Shown here: positions 25,832 to 35,503 of the stretch, in pieces
Layout of the letters: the number at the start of each line of letters is the position of its first letter
Numbering within the stretch: the first letter of the stretch is position 1
Assembly: GCA_046583355.1 (NCBI GenBank)
Contig: JAYGCM010000019.1
Span: 8,381-72,380, forward strand
DNA from: Deltaproteobacteria bacterium
GTDB taxonomy: Bacteria; Desulfobacterota; Binatia; UBA12015
DNA: 64,000 nt
Reading direction: 5' to 3'
Position numbers and translations under genes: made by a program
The notes under the pieces: model-generated
Told to the model about the DNA's origin: nothing
Seen by the model: the letters and a program-made list of their open reading frames with translations, nothing else
Databases searched by the model: none

Positions 25832-27625
25832 CTAAGACACCATACCGAGAACGGAGTCTCCTTCGTGGCGGAGCACGAATTTATCATCCTTGACGATTTT
25901 CTTCTTGGCCTCGCGCTGTATGATGAAATTGCCCAAGTAGAGCACGTCCATCCCGGAGCGACTGAAGGTATTGAAGGCGTTCTCCGGCGTCTCGACGATC
26001 GGCTCGCCTTTGAGGTTGAAACTCGTATTCAGCACCACCGGCACCCCCGTCGCTTCGCCGAATTTCTCGACCATACGATGGTAGGAAGGGTTGGTCGACT
26101 GGCGGATGGTCTGCAGGCGGCCGGATCCATCGACATGCGTGATCGCCGGCAATAGCTCGCGCTTGTCCTCCACCACGGGAACGACATAGAGCATAAAATC
26201 GGCCGGGTAATGATCGAGTGCGTTCGGCAACTCGAAGAACTCGCTACAGCGCTCGGCCAGCACGCTCGGCGCAAAGGGCCGGAAAGCCTCGCGGAATTTG
26301 ATCTTCTTGTTGACGATCTCCTTCATCTCGGCGCGGCGCGGATCGGCGATGATCGAGCGTGCGCCGAGGGCGCGCGGGCCCCACTCCTGACGACCCCGCA
26401 TCCAGCCACCGACACGGCCGGCAAGGAGGTCATCCACCACGCGGTCGTAGAACTTTTCGTCGTCGTCGACCTGTTCGAAGGGAAGGTCGTGTTTGCGCAG
26501 GAAGTCGCCGATCTGGTTCTCGTCGTATTCGCTGCCGAGGTAGGCCGAGTCGAGCATCTTCGCGCGCGGCTTGCCGAGCACCTGATGGTAGCACCAGAGC
26601 GCGGCCCCGATGGCCCCGCCATCGTCACCCGGCGCCGGTGGAATATAGATACTATCGAACCCGGAGTCGCGCAGGATCTTCGCGTTCGCCACTGAATTCA
26701 GCGCAACCCCGCCCGAGAGGCAGAGATTGTTCAGCCCGGTTTTCGCCCGCAGGGACTTCGCCATCTTGATGAGAATCGACTCGGTCACGGCCTGGATCGA
26801 CATCGCAACGTCGCAATAAAACGGGTCAAGCGATTTGTCAGCCAGCTTCGGATCCCGCGGCGGCGCGCCCATGCACTCGGCAAATTTCGGCGAAAGCGTC
26901 TGATCGGCCGAATGATGGAAAGCGAAATAATCGAGGTCGAGCCAATAGGAGCCGTCGCTGCCGACCTGGATCATCTTCTCGATACGGTCGATGTATTTCG
27001 CCTCGCCATAGGGCGCCATGCCCATCAGCTTGTACTCGCCCTCGTTCACCTCAAAGCCGCAATAGGCCGTGAACGACGAATAGAGCAGCCCGAGCGAATG
27101 CGGGAAACGGCTCTCCTGGGTGAGCTCGATATGCGTCCCCTTGCCCACACCGGTGGTCCCGGTCGACCACTCGCCTGCCCCATCCACCGTGATGATCGCT
27201 GCCTCGTCATAAGGCGAGCAATAAAAAGATGCCGCGGCATGCGACATATGATGTTCGCAGAAGAGAATTTTCCGCTGATCTATTTTAAGATTGTCGCGAA
27301 TCAGCGGCTTGATCCAGAGTTTGTCGGTGATCCAGCGGCGCATCGACTCGCGAAAGACCCGATGCGAGCGCGGAAAGGTCGCAAACGCCGTGAGCAGCAG
27401 GCGCTCGAACTTCACGAAAGGCTTCTCGTAGAAGACGATATGGTCGACATCCTGAATCGCGATGCCCGCCCGCGCAAGGCAGAAGTCGATCGCCAGCTGC
27501 GGAAACCCGCTATCATGCTTCACCCTGGAGAAGCGCTCTTCGGCCGCTGCCGCCACGACCACGCCGTCATGAATCAGGGCTGCCGCGCTATCGTGATAAT
27601 AAAAAGAGAGTCCGAGAACGTACAT
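25832..27625 (-). CDS. Carbamoyltransferase (NodU/CmcH family)
   Basis: YYHDSAAAL, EERFSRVKHD, EHHMSHAA, GEYKLMG, GGVALN, GPRALGARS, KFREAFRPFAP, LNTSFN; start at MYVLG. Confidence 0.92.
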   Translation of the reverse strand: MYVLGLSFYYHDSAAALIHDGVVVAAAAEERFSRVKHDSGFPQLAIDFCLARAGIAIQDVDHIVFYEKPFVKFERLLLTAFATFPRSHRVFRESMRRWITDKLWIKPLIRDNLKIDQRKILFCEHHMSHAAASFYCSPYDEAAIITVDGAGEWSTGTTGVGKGTHIELTQESRFPHSLGLLYSSFTAYCGFEVNEGEYKLMGMAPYGEAKYIDRIEKMIQVGSDGSYWLDLDYFAFHHSADQTLSPKFAECMGAPPRDPKLADKSLDPFYCDVAMSIQAVTESILIKMAKSLRAKTGLNNLCLSGGVALNSVANAKILRDSGFDSIYIPPAPGDDGGAIGAALWCYHQVLGKPRAKMLDSAYLGSEYDENQIGDFLRKHDLPFEQVDDDEKFYDRVVDDLLAGRVGGWMRGRQEWGPRALGARSIIADPRRAEMKEIVNKKIKFREAFRPFAPSVLAERCSEFFELPNALDHYPADFMLYVVPVVEDKRELLPAITHVDGSGRLQTIRQSTNPSYHRMVEKFGEATGVPVVLNTSFNLKGEPIVETPENAFNTFSRSGMDVLYLGNFIIQREAKKKIVKDDKFVLRHEGDSVLGMVS

Positions 27626-27714
27626 CTTCACTCTCAGGAATACATCGACCACTCGCGCGTAACAACCATTTCCTCATGCCGTCTGAATCGCTCGCGTCGC
27701 CAACCCACGTCGGC

Positions 27715-27720
27715 TAAACT
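27715..27720 (+). promoter_or_regulatory. -10 box of a probable leaderless promoter
   Basis: TAAACT 6 nt before ATG 27727; no Shine-Dalgarno. Confidence 0.4.
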
Positions 27721-27726
27721 CCAGAG

Positions 27727-27984
27727 ATGGATCGGTCCGACGTATTGCGCTTTGTGCAACGTGATCGAACTCGCGCCCGAACCAGCAAGGCCGATTTCTG
27801 GGCGCGCCAGTACGCCACCCGCGGCGCCTCGGCTACCCTGGCGGCAAGCATGCAGCTGCACGAACATATGCGGCGCATTCGCCCCGACTGGCCCACGCCG
27901 GCAGACCGCGACCGCGACCTTCACCACCATATTGAGATGGCGCGCCTCTACGGTCGGATTGCCTATGCCTTCCGGTCTCGCTGA
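27727..27984 (+). CDS. Small hypothetical protein, probable partner (antitoxin-like) of the downstream nucleotidyltransferase
   Basis: 85 aa, helical, RPDWPT motif; overlaps next gene by 20 nt. Confidence 0.6.
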   Translation: MDRSDVLRFVQRDRTRARTSKADFWARQYATRGASATLAASMQLHEHMRRIRPDWPTPADRDRDLHHHIEMARLYGRIAYAFRSR

Positions 27985-28558
27985 CCTGCTCGCCGACTTG
28001 GGGAGCGCTCTTCAGGCGGCCGGCCGGGATTGGTATCTCTTCGGCGCACAGGCCGCAGTCCTCTATGGCTCGGCTCGCTTGACGGCCGACGTGGATGCAA
28101 CCGTGGATGCACCGCTGGAGGTCGTCGAGGCCCTGCTCGTGCCGCTGGCTCTCTGGCACTTCGAAGCGCGCGTCGAGAACCCGACCGACTTCGCTCGCAC
28201 CACCCGAGTGCTGCCGCTGCTGCACACCCCAAGCGGAATGCCCTGCGATCTTGTCCTCGGTGGCCCGGGTCTCGAAGAACTCTTCCTGGAGCGGGCCGAG
28301 ATTTTCGACGTCGAGGGAGTCCGCGTGCCAGTTGCTCGTGCCGACGACATTGTCGTGATGAAGATCCTGGCAGGGCGGCCCAAGGATCTGGAGGACGCAG
28401 CGGCGATTCTGCGCGCAGCGCCCGAGACTCTCAACCTGGCATCCGCGCACTCCCTGCTAGCGGAGTTGGAGAATGCCCTGGACCGAGGCGACCTCCTGCC
28501 CGTGCTCGAACAATTGCTCTCCGAGATCGAAAATCCACCTGCGCGGCGCAAGACGTAG
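27965..28558 (+). CDS. Nucleotidyltransferase (DUF6036/AbiEii-like, Pol-beta fold)
   Basis: LFGAQAAVLYG.ARLTADVD and MKILAGRPKDLED motifs. Confidence 0.8.
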   Translation: MPSGLADLLADLGSALQAAGRDWYLFGAQAAVLYGSARLTADVDATVDAPLEVVEALLVPLALWHFEARVENPTDFARTTRVLPLLHTPSGMPCDLVLGGPGLEELFLERAEIFDVEGVRVPVARADDIVVMKILAGRPKDLEDAAAILRAAPETLNLASAHSLLAELENALDRGDLLPVLEQLLSEIENPPARRKT

Positions 28559-28629
28559 CCGCCATATCCCAGCAAAAATTCCGGAGGAGCGAACTCGCCT
28601 GCAAGACCTCGAACTGGAGGCCCTAGAGG

Positions 28630-29790
28630 CTATCCGCGCGCGGAGGGAAGAAGGCGCAGCTTCTTCAGGCAGGACTCGAGCGGCCCCATCCAGATTCCAC
28701 GGCCGACCACACCAGCTTCCTTTGCGAGATTCACCACATAGCCGCGCGGCAGCGCCAGGTCGGCCATGCAGGTCCGCAGGCCTTTCAGATCCGGGACGCT
28801 TGAACCCAGCTTGATCTCGATAGGCAGCAGCTCGCCGCGTAGCCGCAGCAGGAGATCCACCTCCGTCCCGGAGTGCGTCCGGTAGAAGAAGGCCTCGCTT
28901 GTCGGGTCGGCCAGACGCGCGTGAAAGAGTAGCTGTTCGATACAAAAAGTCTCAAAGCTGGAACCGGCCTTCGGATGCGCAACAACCGATTTCCGCGCAA
29001 AGCCCATGCCGAGAAGAGAATGGAGCATACCCGTATCGCGGAGGTAGACTTTCGGGCTCTTGACCAGGCGTTTGCCGATATTGGCGAAATAGGGTGGCAA
29101 CCTGCGGACGAGAAAAATTCCCTCAAGAATATCGATGAGGTGTGCCACCGAGTGATAGTTCAGGCCCAGCGAACCGCCCAGCTCACTGAGGTTGCAGAGC
29201 CCCCCCTGATGATGAGCCAGCATCAGCAAGGCATCGTGAATTTTGCGGGCCGATACCCTGAACCCGAGCTGCGGAATATCCTGCTCGATACAGGTTCGCA
29301 GGTACGCCGGATACCACTCCTGTGGCGTTGCTCGAGGATGCGACCATTGCACCCTCGGGTAGGATCCGCGCAGCCAGAGTTTCTCCCAGGGCGCTTCCGC
29401 AACGGAGAGACCACCCATATCGAGAATACCTACCCGACCAGTGAGAGATTCCGAGAGCTCGCGCACCAGCGCCGGTGACGCGGAGCCAAGCAACACGACG
29501 CGCCGTTTCGGGTCACGATCCAGCACTACACGCAATGCCGGAAAGATTTCCGGAAGGCGCTGGGCTTCGTCAATCACGAGACGGCGGCTTTCCTCCAGGA
29601 CGAACACAGCATCATCCGACAACCGACGCTGGACACCCGGATCTTCCAGATCCAGAAAATCAAAAGAAGGTAGTGCGATTCGTGCAAGTGTCGACTTGCC
29701 GACCTGTCGAGCACCGAGAATTGCTACGGCCGGGAATTGTCGCAGCAGACTTCGGAGCCGCTTTTCCGCGATGCGTGGGTGAAGGCTCAT
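28630..29790 (-). CDS. AAA_14 ATPase with wHTH and DUF4143 (PD-(D/E)xK-like) domain
   Basis: GARQVGKS, IDEAQ, LLGS, KRLVKSPKVYLRDTG, FE, EVDLL..PIEIK. Confidence 0.88.
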   Translation of the reverse strand: MSLHPRIAEKRLRSLLRQFPAVAILGARQVGKSTLARIALPSFDFLDLEDPGVQRRLSDDAVFVLEESRRLVIDEAQRLPEIFPALRVVLDRDPKRRVVLLGSASPALVRELSESLTGRVGILDMGGLSVAEAPWEKLWLRGSYPRVQWSHPRATPQEWYPAYLRTCIEQDIPQLGFRVSARKIHDALLMLAHHQGGLCNLSELGGSLGLNYHSVAHLIDILEGIFLVRRLPPYFANIGKRLVKSPKVYLRDTGMLHSLLGMGFARKSVVAHPKAGSSFETFCIEQLLFHARLADPTSEAFFYRTHSGTEVDLLLRLRGELLPIEIKLGSSVPDLKGLRTCMADLALPRGYVVNLAKEAGVVGRGIWMGPLESCLKKLRLLPSARG

Positions 29791-29825
29791 ACGTGAAAAT
29801 TAGATGATAGTGATCTAATTTTCAA
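29791..29825 (-). promoter_or_regulatory. Leaderless sigma-70 promoter overlapped by a perfect 12-bp inverted repeat
   Basis: TTGAAA-N17-TAATTT-N6-ATG on minus strand; TGAAAATTAGAT-N7-ATCTAATTTTCA at 29794-29824. Confidence 0.7.
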
Positions 29826-29878
29826 ATGGTCGGGCACCCGCGGCGCGTGCGGTTCCAGCGCTGACGGTAGCCCCTCGC

Positions 29879-31000
29879 TCAGCCAGTCGGCAGATCCGCG
29901 AATTTCACGACTTCGGCCTGCGGCGTGTCGATCTCGCCTTCGGCGAGCATGAAGCGCCAGAAGACCAGCCCGAAGGGGCGGCCCTCGGTGTCGAGCCAAT
30001 TGGCAAGACCCGGATTTTCGTGCGCGATCACGATGCGGAAGCTGCCGTCGGCATCGAGCTTCACCTGCTTGCGGTTCAGCGAGACCGAGCGGTTGGCGAA
30101 GTCGAAGGTCTGCATATGGCGGTTCCAGAGCATCACGCTGCCGATGCGGCATTGCGGCCAGCGCATGCGCATGACCAGAGCTTCATCGGGGCCGAGAAAA
30201 AACGGCGCCATCGAGTAGCAGGCATCCGCGGCGGCCAGGGGTTGCTCTCCGGGCAGCACCGGGGGCGGGAAGACATTGGGCACCTTCGAGACGAAATCCG
30301 GCGTCTCGGTGTTGGCCATCGGCGGCATATCCAGGGTGCGCGAGCGCAGGAAATTCCCGACACGCTCGATACCCGCCGCGACCGACTCGTCGCTCGGCGT
30401 AGCCGGGGCGGGCTGGTCGCTCAAATTTTCGATCCGCAAGGCAAAATTCCGTGCCGGGTCAGCGGCGGCGGGCGCCTCGTCTTCGAAATAATGGCGCGTC
30501 GTGATGCGGAAGGCGCCCTCGGGCAAAGGCAGCCAATTGCGCTCACATCTCTCACCGCCGACAAAAAACTCGAAGCGGCCGTCGGCGTCCACATCGATCT
30601 CGTTGTCGTTGAGAACGCCGCCCAGGCGCTCGCCCATGCTGCCATCGGGCTTGCCGCATTCGACGGTAAACGAGGTATAGACCGCGCCATCGAGCTGGCC
30701 ACGCACGCGATAGGCAAAGCGTGGATCCACCGGCGCGTCGTAGTAGATCGCGTCGGCATTGTCGCCGGTGAATTTCCGGTTGGTGGCGACGATGCGCCGG
30801 AACTCCGGGTGCGCTGCATCCGTCTCGAAGCAGGACTCGAGTCCGCCCTGGAGAATATGCATCACGGCGCGCATGCCCTGGGCCACATCGTCGGCCGAGC
30901 CGAGGTTCCACTCGGGACTGAGCCAACGCTGGTCGACCTCCTCGAGCAGGCGGATCAGGTTCTTCAACGCGCTACGGCTTCGGCTCTCGATCTCGGACAT
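29879..31000 (-). CDS. DUF1214 domain protein
   Basis: GDNADAIY; DGSFRIVIAHENPGLANWLDTEG; paralogous to 33227..34315. Confidence 0.8.
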   Translation of the reverse strand: MSEIESRSRSALKNLIRLLEEVDQRWLSPEWNLGSADDVAQGMRAVMHILQGGLESCFETDAAHPEFRRIVATNRKFTGDNADAIYYDAPVDPRFAYRVRGQLDGAVYTSFTVECGKPDGSMGERLGGVLNDNEIDVDADGRFEFFVGGERCERNWLPLPEGAFRITTRHYFEDEAPAAADPARNFALRIENLSDQPAPATPSDESVAAGIERVGNFLRSRTLDMPPMANTETPDFVSKVPNVFPPPVLPGEQPLAAADACYSMAPFFLGPDEALVMRMRWPQCRIGSVMLWNRHMQTFDFANRSVSLNRKQVKLDADGSFRIVIAHENPGLANWLDTEGRPFGLVFWRFMLAEGEIDTPQAEVVKFADLPTG

Positions 31001-31114
31001 ATGGTTCCCACCGCTACCTGCCTGCCGCAGCCGAAGTCAAAAAGCCCGCGACTTCGCAGGCACGCGTGAATTTCCGGCCGGTACGCAGTAGGACGAAAGC
31101 GGGAAAGCTCTACC

Positions 31115-32506
31115 ATGACACCGATCCTCGACCATATTCTCGAAGATGCGCAGGAGCGCGGACTTGAACTCGACGACGCCTTCTACCGTGCCATCGAGCA
31201 TGTGCAGGACGAGGCGCCCTTCCTGCTCATCACGGGCCGCGCCGGCACCGGCAAAAGCACCTTGATTCATCTGCTGCGCGACGCGCTCGAGGACAACGCC
31301 AATGTCGCGGTGGTCGCACCCACCGGGCTTGCCGCGATCCAGATCGGCGGACAGACAATCCACTCCTTTTGTCGGCTGCCGCCGCGGCCGGTCGAACTCT
31401 CGGATATCCGCAAGCTGCGCAACCGCTCGCTCTACGAGAACCTGGACGTGTTGATCGTCGACGAAATCTCGATGGTACGCGCCGACCTGCTCGACGGCAT
31501 CGAGAAATTCCTGCGCATGAACGGCCCCCACCGCAACCGCCCCTTTGGTGGCGTGCGCATGATCTGCGTCGGTGATCTTTTTCAGCTCGCCCCCGTAGTT
31601 CGCGACGCCGAGCGCCCCTTCTTCGAAGCGCATTATGCCAGCGAATGGTTCTTTGACGCGGCCTGCCTGCGTGACTCCGTTCTGCAACATATCGAATTGG
31701 AGAAAGTCCATCGCCAGGAAGATAGCGAAGACTTGGCGCTGCTGGATGCCTTGCGCGACGGCGGTCCGGGCGCGCCGCAGGCAATCGAGGGCATCAACCA
31801 ACGTTGTAGCGTTGGCTTCCCCGACGGCATCGACGAGGCCGCGCTGGAGGGCCGCGTTACTTTGACGACGCGGGTAAACGACGCAGAAACCCGCAACCGC
31901 TACCAATTGCGCGCCCTTGCCGAGACACCGCGGCGCTATATGGGCCGCACCGAGGGCAACCTCCCGCCGACCCGCGAACGCCTGCCCGCGCCCATGCAAC
32001 TCGACCTGGCCGTCGGTGCGCAGGTCCTCTTCACGCGCAACGACCCGAGCCAGCGTTGGGTCAACGGCACGCTGGGACGCGTCGTGAGCGTTGGCGACGA
32101 AAGTGCCGAAATCGAAATCCTCTGGGGGCCCGGCACCGGCGATGTCCATGAGGTTTCGGAAGTCACCTGGGAGTCGACGGCGTTTGAGTGGAATCCGGGC
32201 ACGGGCCGTATCGAGACCCGCGTGGTCGGCAAATACAGCCAGCTGCCACTGATTCTGGCCTGGGCGATCACGATCCACAAAAGCCAGGGCATGACGCTGG
32301 ATAATATGGCGATCGATCTCGGCCGCGGCGCCTTTGCCGACGGCCAACTCTACGTCGCCCTGTCGCGTTGCCGCCGCCTCGACCAGGTCCTGCTGCTGCG
32401 CCCGATCCACCAAAGCGACCTCCATGTCGCCGAAGCCGTCCGCGAATTCGAGGCCACCCTGCGAACCGGCCGCCTCTCCCGCCCCGTACAACCGGGTTTC
32501 TTCTGA
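31115..32506 (+). CDS. Pif1-family (SF1B) DNA helicase
   Basis: GRAGTGKS, APTGLAA, TIHSF, DEISMV, GDLFQL, QLPLILAWAITIHKSQG, GQLYVALSR. Confidence 0.88.
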   Translation: MTPILDHILEDAQERGLELDDAFYRAIEHVQDEAPFLLITGRAGTGKSTLIHLLRDALEDNANVAVVAPTGLAAIQIGGQTIHSFCRLPPRPVELSDIRKLRNRSLYENLDVLIVDEISMVRADLLDGIEKFLRMNGPHRNRPFGGVRMICVGDLFQLAPVVRDAERPFFEAHYASEWFFDAACLRDSVLQHIELEKVHRQEDSEDLALLDALRDGGPGAPQAIEGINQRCSVGFPDGIDEAALEGRVTLTTRVNDAETRNRYQLRALAETPRRYMGRTEGNLPPTRERLPAPMQLDLAVGAQVLFTRNDPSQRWVNGTLGRVVSVGDESAEIEILWGPGTGDVHEVSEVTWESTAFEWNPGTGRIETRVVGKYSQLPLILAWAITIHKSQGMTLDNMAIDLGRGAFADGQLYVALSRCRRLDQVLLLRPIHQSDLHVAEAVREFEATLRTGRLSRPVQPGFF

Positions 32507-32552
32507 GAGGGGGACTCTGTTCCCCTCCTCACGGCGGCAAAGCCGCCGTGAG
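32507..32552. repeat. Tandem hairpins, REP-like or terminator element
   Basis: GAGGGGGACTCTGTTCCCCTC followed by perfect CTCACGGCGGC-AAA-GCCGCCGTGAG. Confidence 0.5.
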
Positions 32553-32690
32553 CCTCCTCCCCCGGCTCGCTTTCGCTCGGCCGCGCCCGTTGGGCTCGGA
32601 TTGAGTCGGGAGCGGTCGGCTTGGTTGCGGGGGGTGTGGAAGTTGGTTATTCCCGGCGCGTGCGCCGCGGCGTACAGGAGGAATTCGCTG

Positions 32691-33230
32691 ATGATGAAGA
32701 AGATGAATCGTACGTTATGCTTGACTTTGGGGTTGGCTCTGGTGGCGGGCTGTGCTCAGCAGGGCACCATCATGGGGCGCCTTTCGGTTCCCGGTGAAAA
32801 GACCTCGACGCCGGTTACGATGAACTGGGCGACCACGGGCTTCAGCAGCGGCGGCACGATGAACGTCCACCTCCCCGCCGGCGAGACCTACACCGGCAAA
32901 TTCCTCCAAGTCACCTCGACGACCTCGGCCGATACGCTCGGCGGCGGTGGCTGGGGTGGGGTCGGCTGGAGTGGTGGTTACGGCGGTTACGGCGGCTACG
33001 GTGGTGGTTGGAACGATTGGGGCCCTTACGGCAGCCCTTGGGGCGGCGGCGGCAGCTACTCGACCTTCGTGACCAACTACAGCGGCAAAGTGATCGCGAC
33101 GCTCTTCGGCGACAAGGGCAATACGATGCGTTGCCGCTTCCATCTCTCGCAGCCCGCCTCCGGCATGGAAGGTGGCGGCGTCGGCGAATGCGAGGTCAAG
33201 GGCGGCGACAAGATCGCAGCTCAATTCTAG
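32691..33230 (+). CDS. Hypothetical lipoprotein with Gly/Trp/Tyr-rich insert
   Basis: AGGAGG RBS; lipobox LVAGC; GGGGWGGVGWSGGYGGYGGYGGGW; C-terminal MRCRF...GGGVGEC. Confidence 0.75.
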   Translation: MMKKMNRTLCLTLGLALVAGCAQQGTIMGRLSVPGEKTSTPVTMNWATTGFSSGGTMNVHLPAGETYTGKFLQVTSTTSADTLGGGGWGGVGWSGGYGGYGGYGGGWNDWGPYGSPWGGGGSYSTFVTNYSGKVIATLFGDKGNTMRCRFHLSQPASGMEGGGVGECEVKGGDKIAAQF

Positions 33231-34315
33231 AGCATTCCCTTCCGGCAACGGGGGGTCGGGTGGGTCTTGGCCCCTGTCCAGCGCAGGGCCAGACCCCCTC
33301 GCCTATGGCCCGCCGTGTCGAGCCAATTGGGTTTGCCCGGGTCGCTATGGGCTATGATGACGCGGACCAGGCCGTCGGCGTCTGCGACGGCGGTTGCTTG
33401 GTTCACGTGCGTGTCGTGGTGGAAATAATCCAATGACTCGAGCCAATGGTTGCCGATCTGCAGGTTCCAATACTCGCATTCCGGCGGCTCGAACTCGATG
33501 AAAAGCGCTTCGCCCTCGCCCAACTCCCAATACGAATAATTGTAGCTGGTATTCGGATCGCCCTGCGCAAAGGCGATCAGTTCCTCGGGGATCGGTCGGA
33601 TCTCATGCTTGTGGGTCTGGAAATGCTCGGTCCATTTCAAGAATTGACCAAGCGTGCCCTTGAGCAGCCCACCCATGCCCCCCAGCGAGGCGAGAAAGCG
33701 GCCCGCATCGAGCGGTGCCGGCACGCGATCGTCGCCGAGTTTCGCAAGCTCCAACGAAGCCGGCCGCTGGTGGCGGCGGTCAAGAAGCACCTGGCGGACC
33801 TGCAACGAGTTGGTCGCCTCCTTCATCGGCAGCCAATTGCCCGCCTGTTCCTCGACGCTGATCGCCAATTCGAAACGTCCGGCCACGTCGAATTCCAGGG
33901 CGGAAGTCTCGACGTAGCCGTCGCGGAGCAAGCCCTCCTTCGAGCCCAGACTGCCCGAAAAGCTGCCGATACCGAGGAAGGCCGCATCGCCCTTCTCTCC
34001 GCGCAGAATATAGCGAAAACGCGGATCGAGCCCGGCGCGGTAGTAGACATAATCTGGGTTGTCGAGGCCGACCTTCATCGGCTGTGAGAACAGCGTCTGG
34101 CGGGCTGGCGTCGGATCCGCGGTCGAGAGACGCAAGAAGGCCGACGTCAAGCGCGCCAGATAGCGCAGGCCCTCGGCACGGTCGCGCTCGTCATCAGGCG
34201 CCGCAGCGAGCACCATCCGGCCGGCGCTTTTCAGATCGTCACAAAAAGCATCCCAGCTCTCGATCTCGATGCTGCCCGGCTCCTCTGTCGTCTTTTCGTT
34301 CATCTCATCTCTCAT
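33227..34315 (-). CDS. DUF1214 domain protein
   Basis: GLDNPDYVY; DGLVRVIIAHSDPGKPNWLDTAGH; ATGA overlap with sulfotransferase. Confidence 0.8.
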   Translation of the reverse strand: MRDEMNEKTTEEPGSIEIESWDAFCDDLKSAGRMVLAAAPDDERDRAEGLRYLARLTSAFLRLSTADPTPARQTLFSQPMKVGLDNPDYVYYRAGLDPRFRYILRGEKGDAAFLGIGSFSGSLGSKEGLLRDGYVETSALEFDVAGRFELAISVEEQAGNWLPMKEATNSLQVRQVLLDRRHQRPASLELAKLGDDRVPAPLDAGRFLASLGGMGGLLKGTLGQFLKWTEHFQTHKHEIRPIPEELIAFAQGDPNTSYNYSYWELGEGEALFIEFEPPECEYWNLQIGNHWLESLDYFHHDTHVNQATAVADADGLVRVIIAHSDPGKPNWLDTAGHRRGGLALRWTGAKTHPTPRCRKGML

Positions 34316-35499
34316 TTCGCGTTGCCTATGCCCTCTTCCGACGCGATATCGAAGCACTCGATATAAGCCGCAAAGCGCTCGCGGATCTGATCGTCGTCGA
34401 GGCCGAAGCGCGCGGCATCGTATCGGTGTGCCGGGGCCTTGTGCTTGCGGCGCCACGCCTGCATCGCCTCTGCTGCCTCTGGCGCGAGCGTGCGGTCGGT
34501 CGCCTCGTAAATTTGCCGGATCTGCCCGAGCGGGTCGCGCCGAAAATCGGCAAAATGCATATCGAGAAAGCGCTCGGGCTGCACTTCCCGCACCGCCATC
34601 ATACGCTCGATGCCACGCGCCCAGAGTTCGTTCTGCTCCGCGCCGAGACGCACATCGTCGGGCACGCCATCGTTCACCTTCCGGGCGGTCGCATTGAGGC
34701 TCGCCACCGAAGGAATCGAACGCGCCGGGTCGCGGTGCGTCATGACGATCCGCGCCTCCGGCACGGCCTCGAGCAAGGCGTCCGCAGCAAAGAGGTGGCT
34801 CGGGTCTTTCAGCACCCAGACCCGGTCGGTGTGGTTCATTCCTATCAAGCGCAAATTATTCGCCCAGCGTCGATAGGCCGGCCGCATATCGTGCGCGGCC
34901 CACCACGCCGAGTAGCCACTCACACCAGCGGCGCATTCGAAGGTGACACTCGCAAAGCTCTGGCGCAGCAGGTTCCAGCATTCATCGGGCGCGTCGGCCT
35001 GCATCTCGTGGATGGCCCGCATCGATGCCGGCATCTGTGCGAGCATCGCCACACAACGCTGATAACCGGGCGCAGCGTCCCAGGCGGCGCGCGGCGGCCG
35101 CGGGCGAGGGTTCTGGGCCAGCCAGAGTTCGAGCCCTTGATGGGCAGGGTCGGCGCAGAGCATCCCCTGCAGAGCCGTCGTACCGGTGCGCGGCAGGCCG
35201 ATAATGACCAGCGGTGCGCCCAGATCCACGCCACGATGCTCGGGGTTCGCTTGCAACGCTGCCTCGGCAAGCAGACGCCCGGCCAGCGCCGTGACGACCA
35301 TGCCAGCGAGCATCTGACGGCCATTGGCCGAGAGCTCGGCATCGTCGTCGAGACTGCGCAACAACACGCGCAAGCCTTCTTCGAACTCGATATCGCCGAA
35401 ATCATCGACACCGGCCAGCGCGACGGCAAACTCGCGCAGGCTCTGCTCGGCGTCGATCAGCGCGACATCGGCGGGTACAATCTCGGGCAGACCAGCCAT
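34312..35499 (-). CDS. Sulfotransferase family protein
   Basis: PAPS-binding IIGLPRTGTT; WVLKDPSH; HRDP..S. Confidence 0.88.
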   Translation of the reverse strand: MAGLPEIVPADVALIDAEQSLREFAVALAGVDDFGDIEFEEGLRVLLRSLDDDAELSANGRQMLAGMVVTALAGRLLAEAALQANPEHRGVDLGAPLVIIGLPRTGTTALQGMLCADPAHQGLELWLAQNPRPRPPRAAWDAAPGYQRCVAMLAQMPASMRAIHEMQADAPDECWNLLRQSFASVTFECAAGVSGYSAWWAAHDMRPAYRRWANNLRLIGMNHTDRVWVLKDPSHLFAADALLEAVPEARIVMTHRDPARSIPSVASLNATARKVNDGVPDDVRLGAEQNELWARGIERMMAVREVQPERFLDMHFADFRRDPLGQIRQIYEATDRTLAPEAAEAMQAWRRKHKAPAHRYDAARFGLDDDQIRERFAAYIECFDIASEEGIGNAK

Positions 35500-35503
35500 T
35501 TTT

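Noticed and set aside
18990..27625. Haloperoxidase + RND + carbamoyltransferase as a natural-product cluster
   Set aside because: No scaffold-building enzymes (PKS, NRPS, RiPP, terpene); mixed orientations
27700..33230. Integrated mobile element or prophage
   Set aside because: No integrase, transposase, att-like direct repeats or phage genes visible
33250..33300. GC hairpin as REP element bounding an insertion
   Set aside because: Lies inside the conserved 3' end of the DUF1214 CDS
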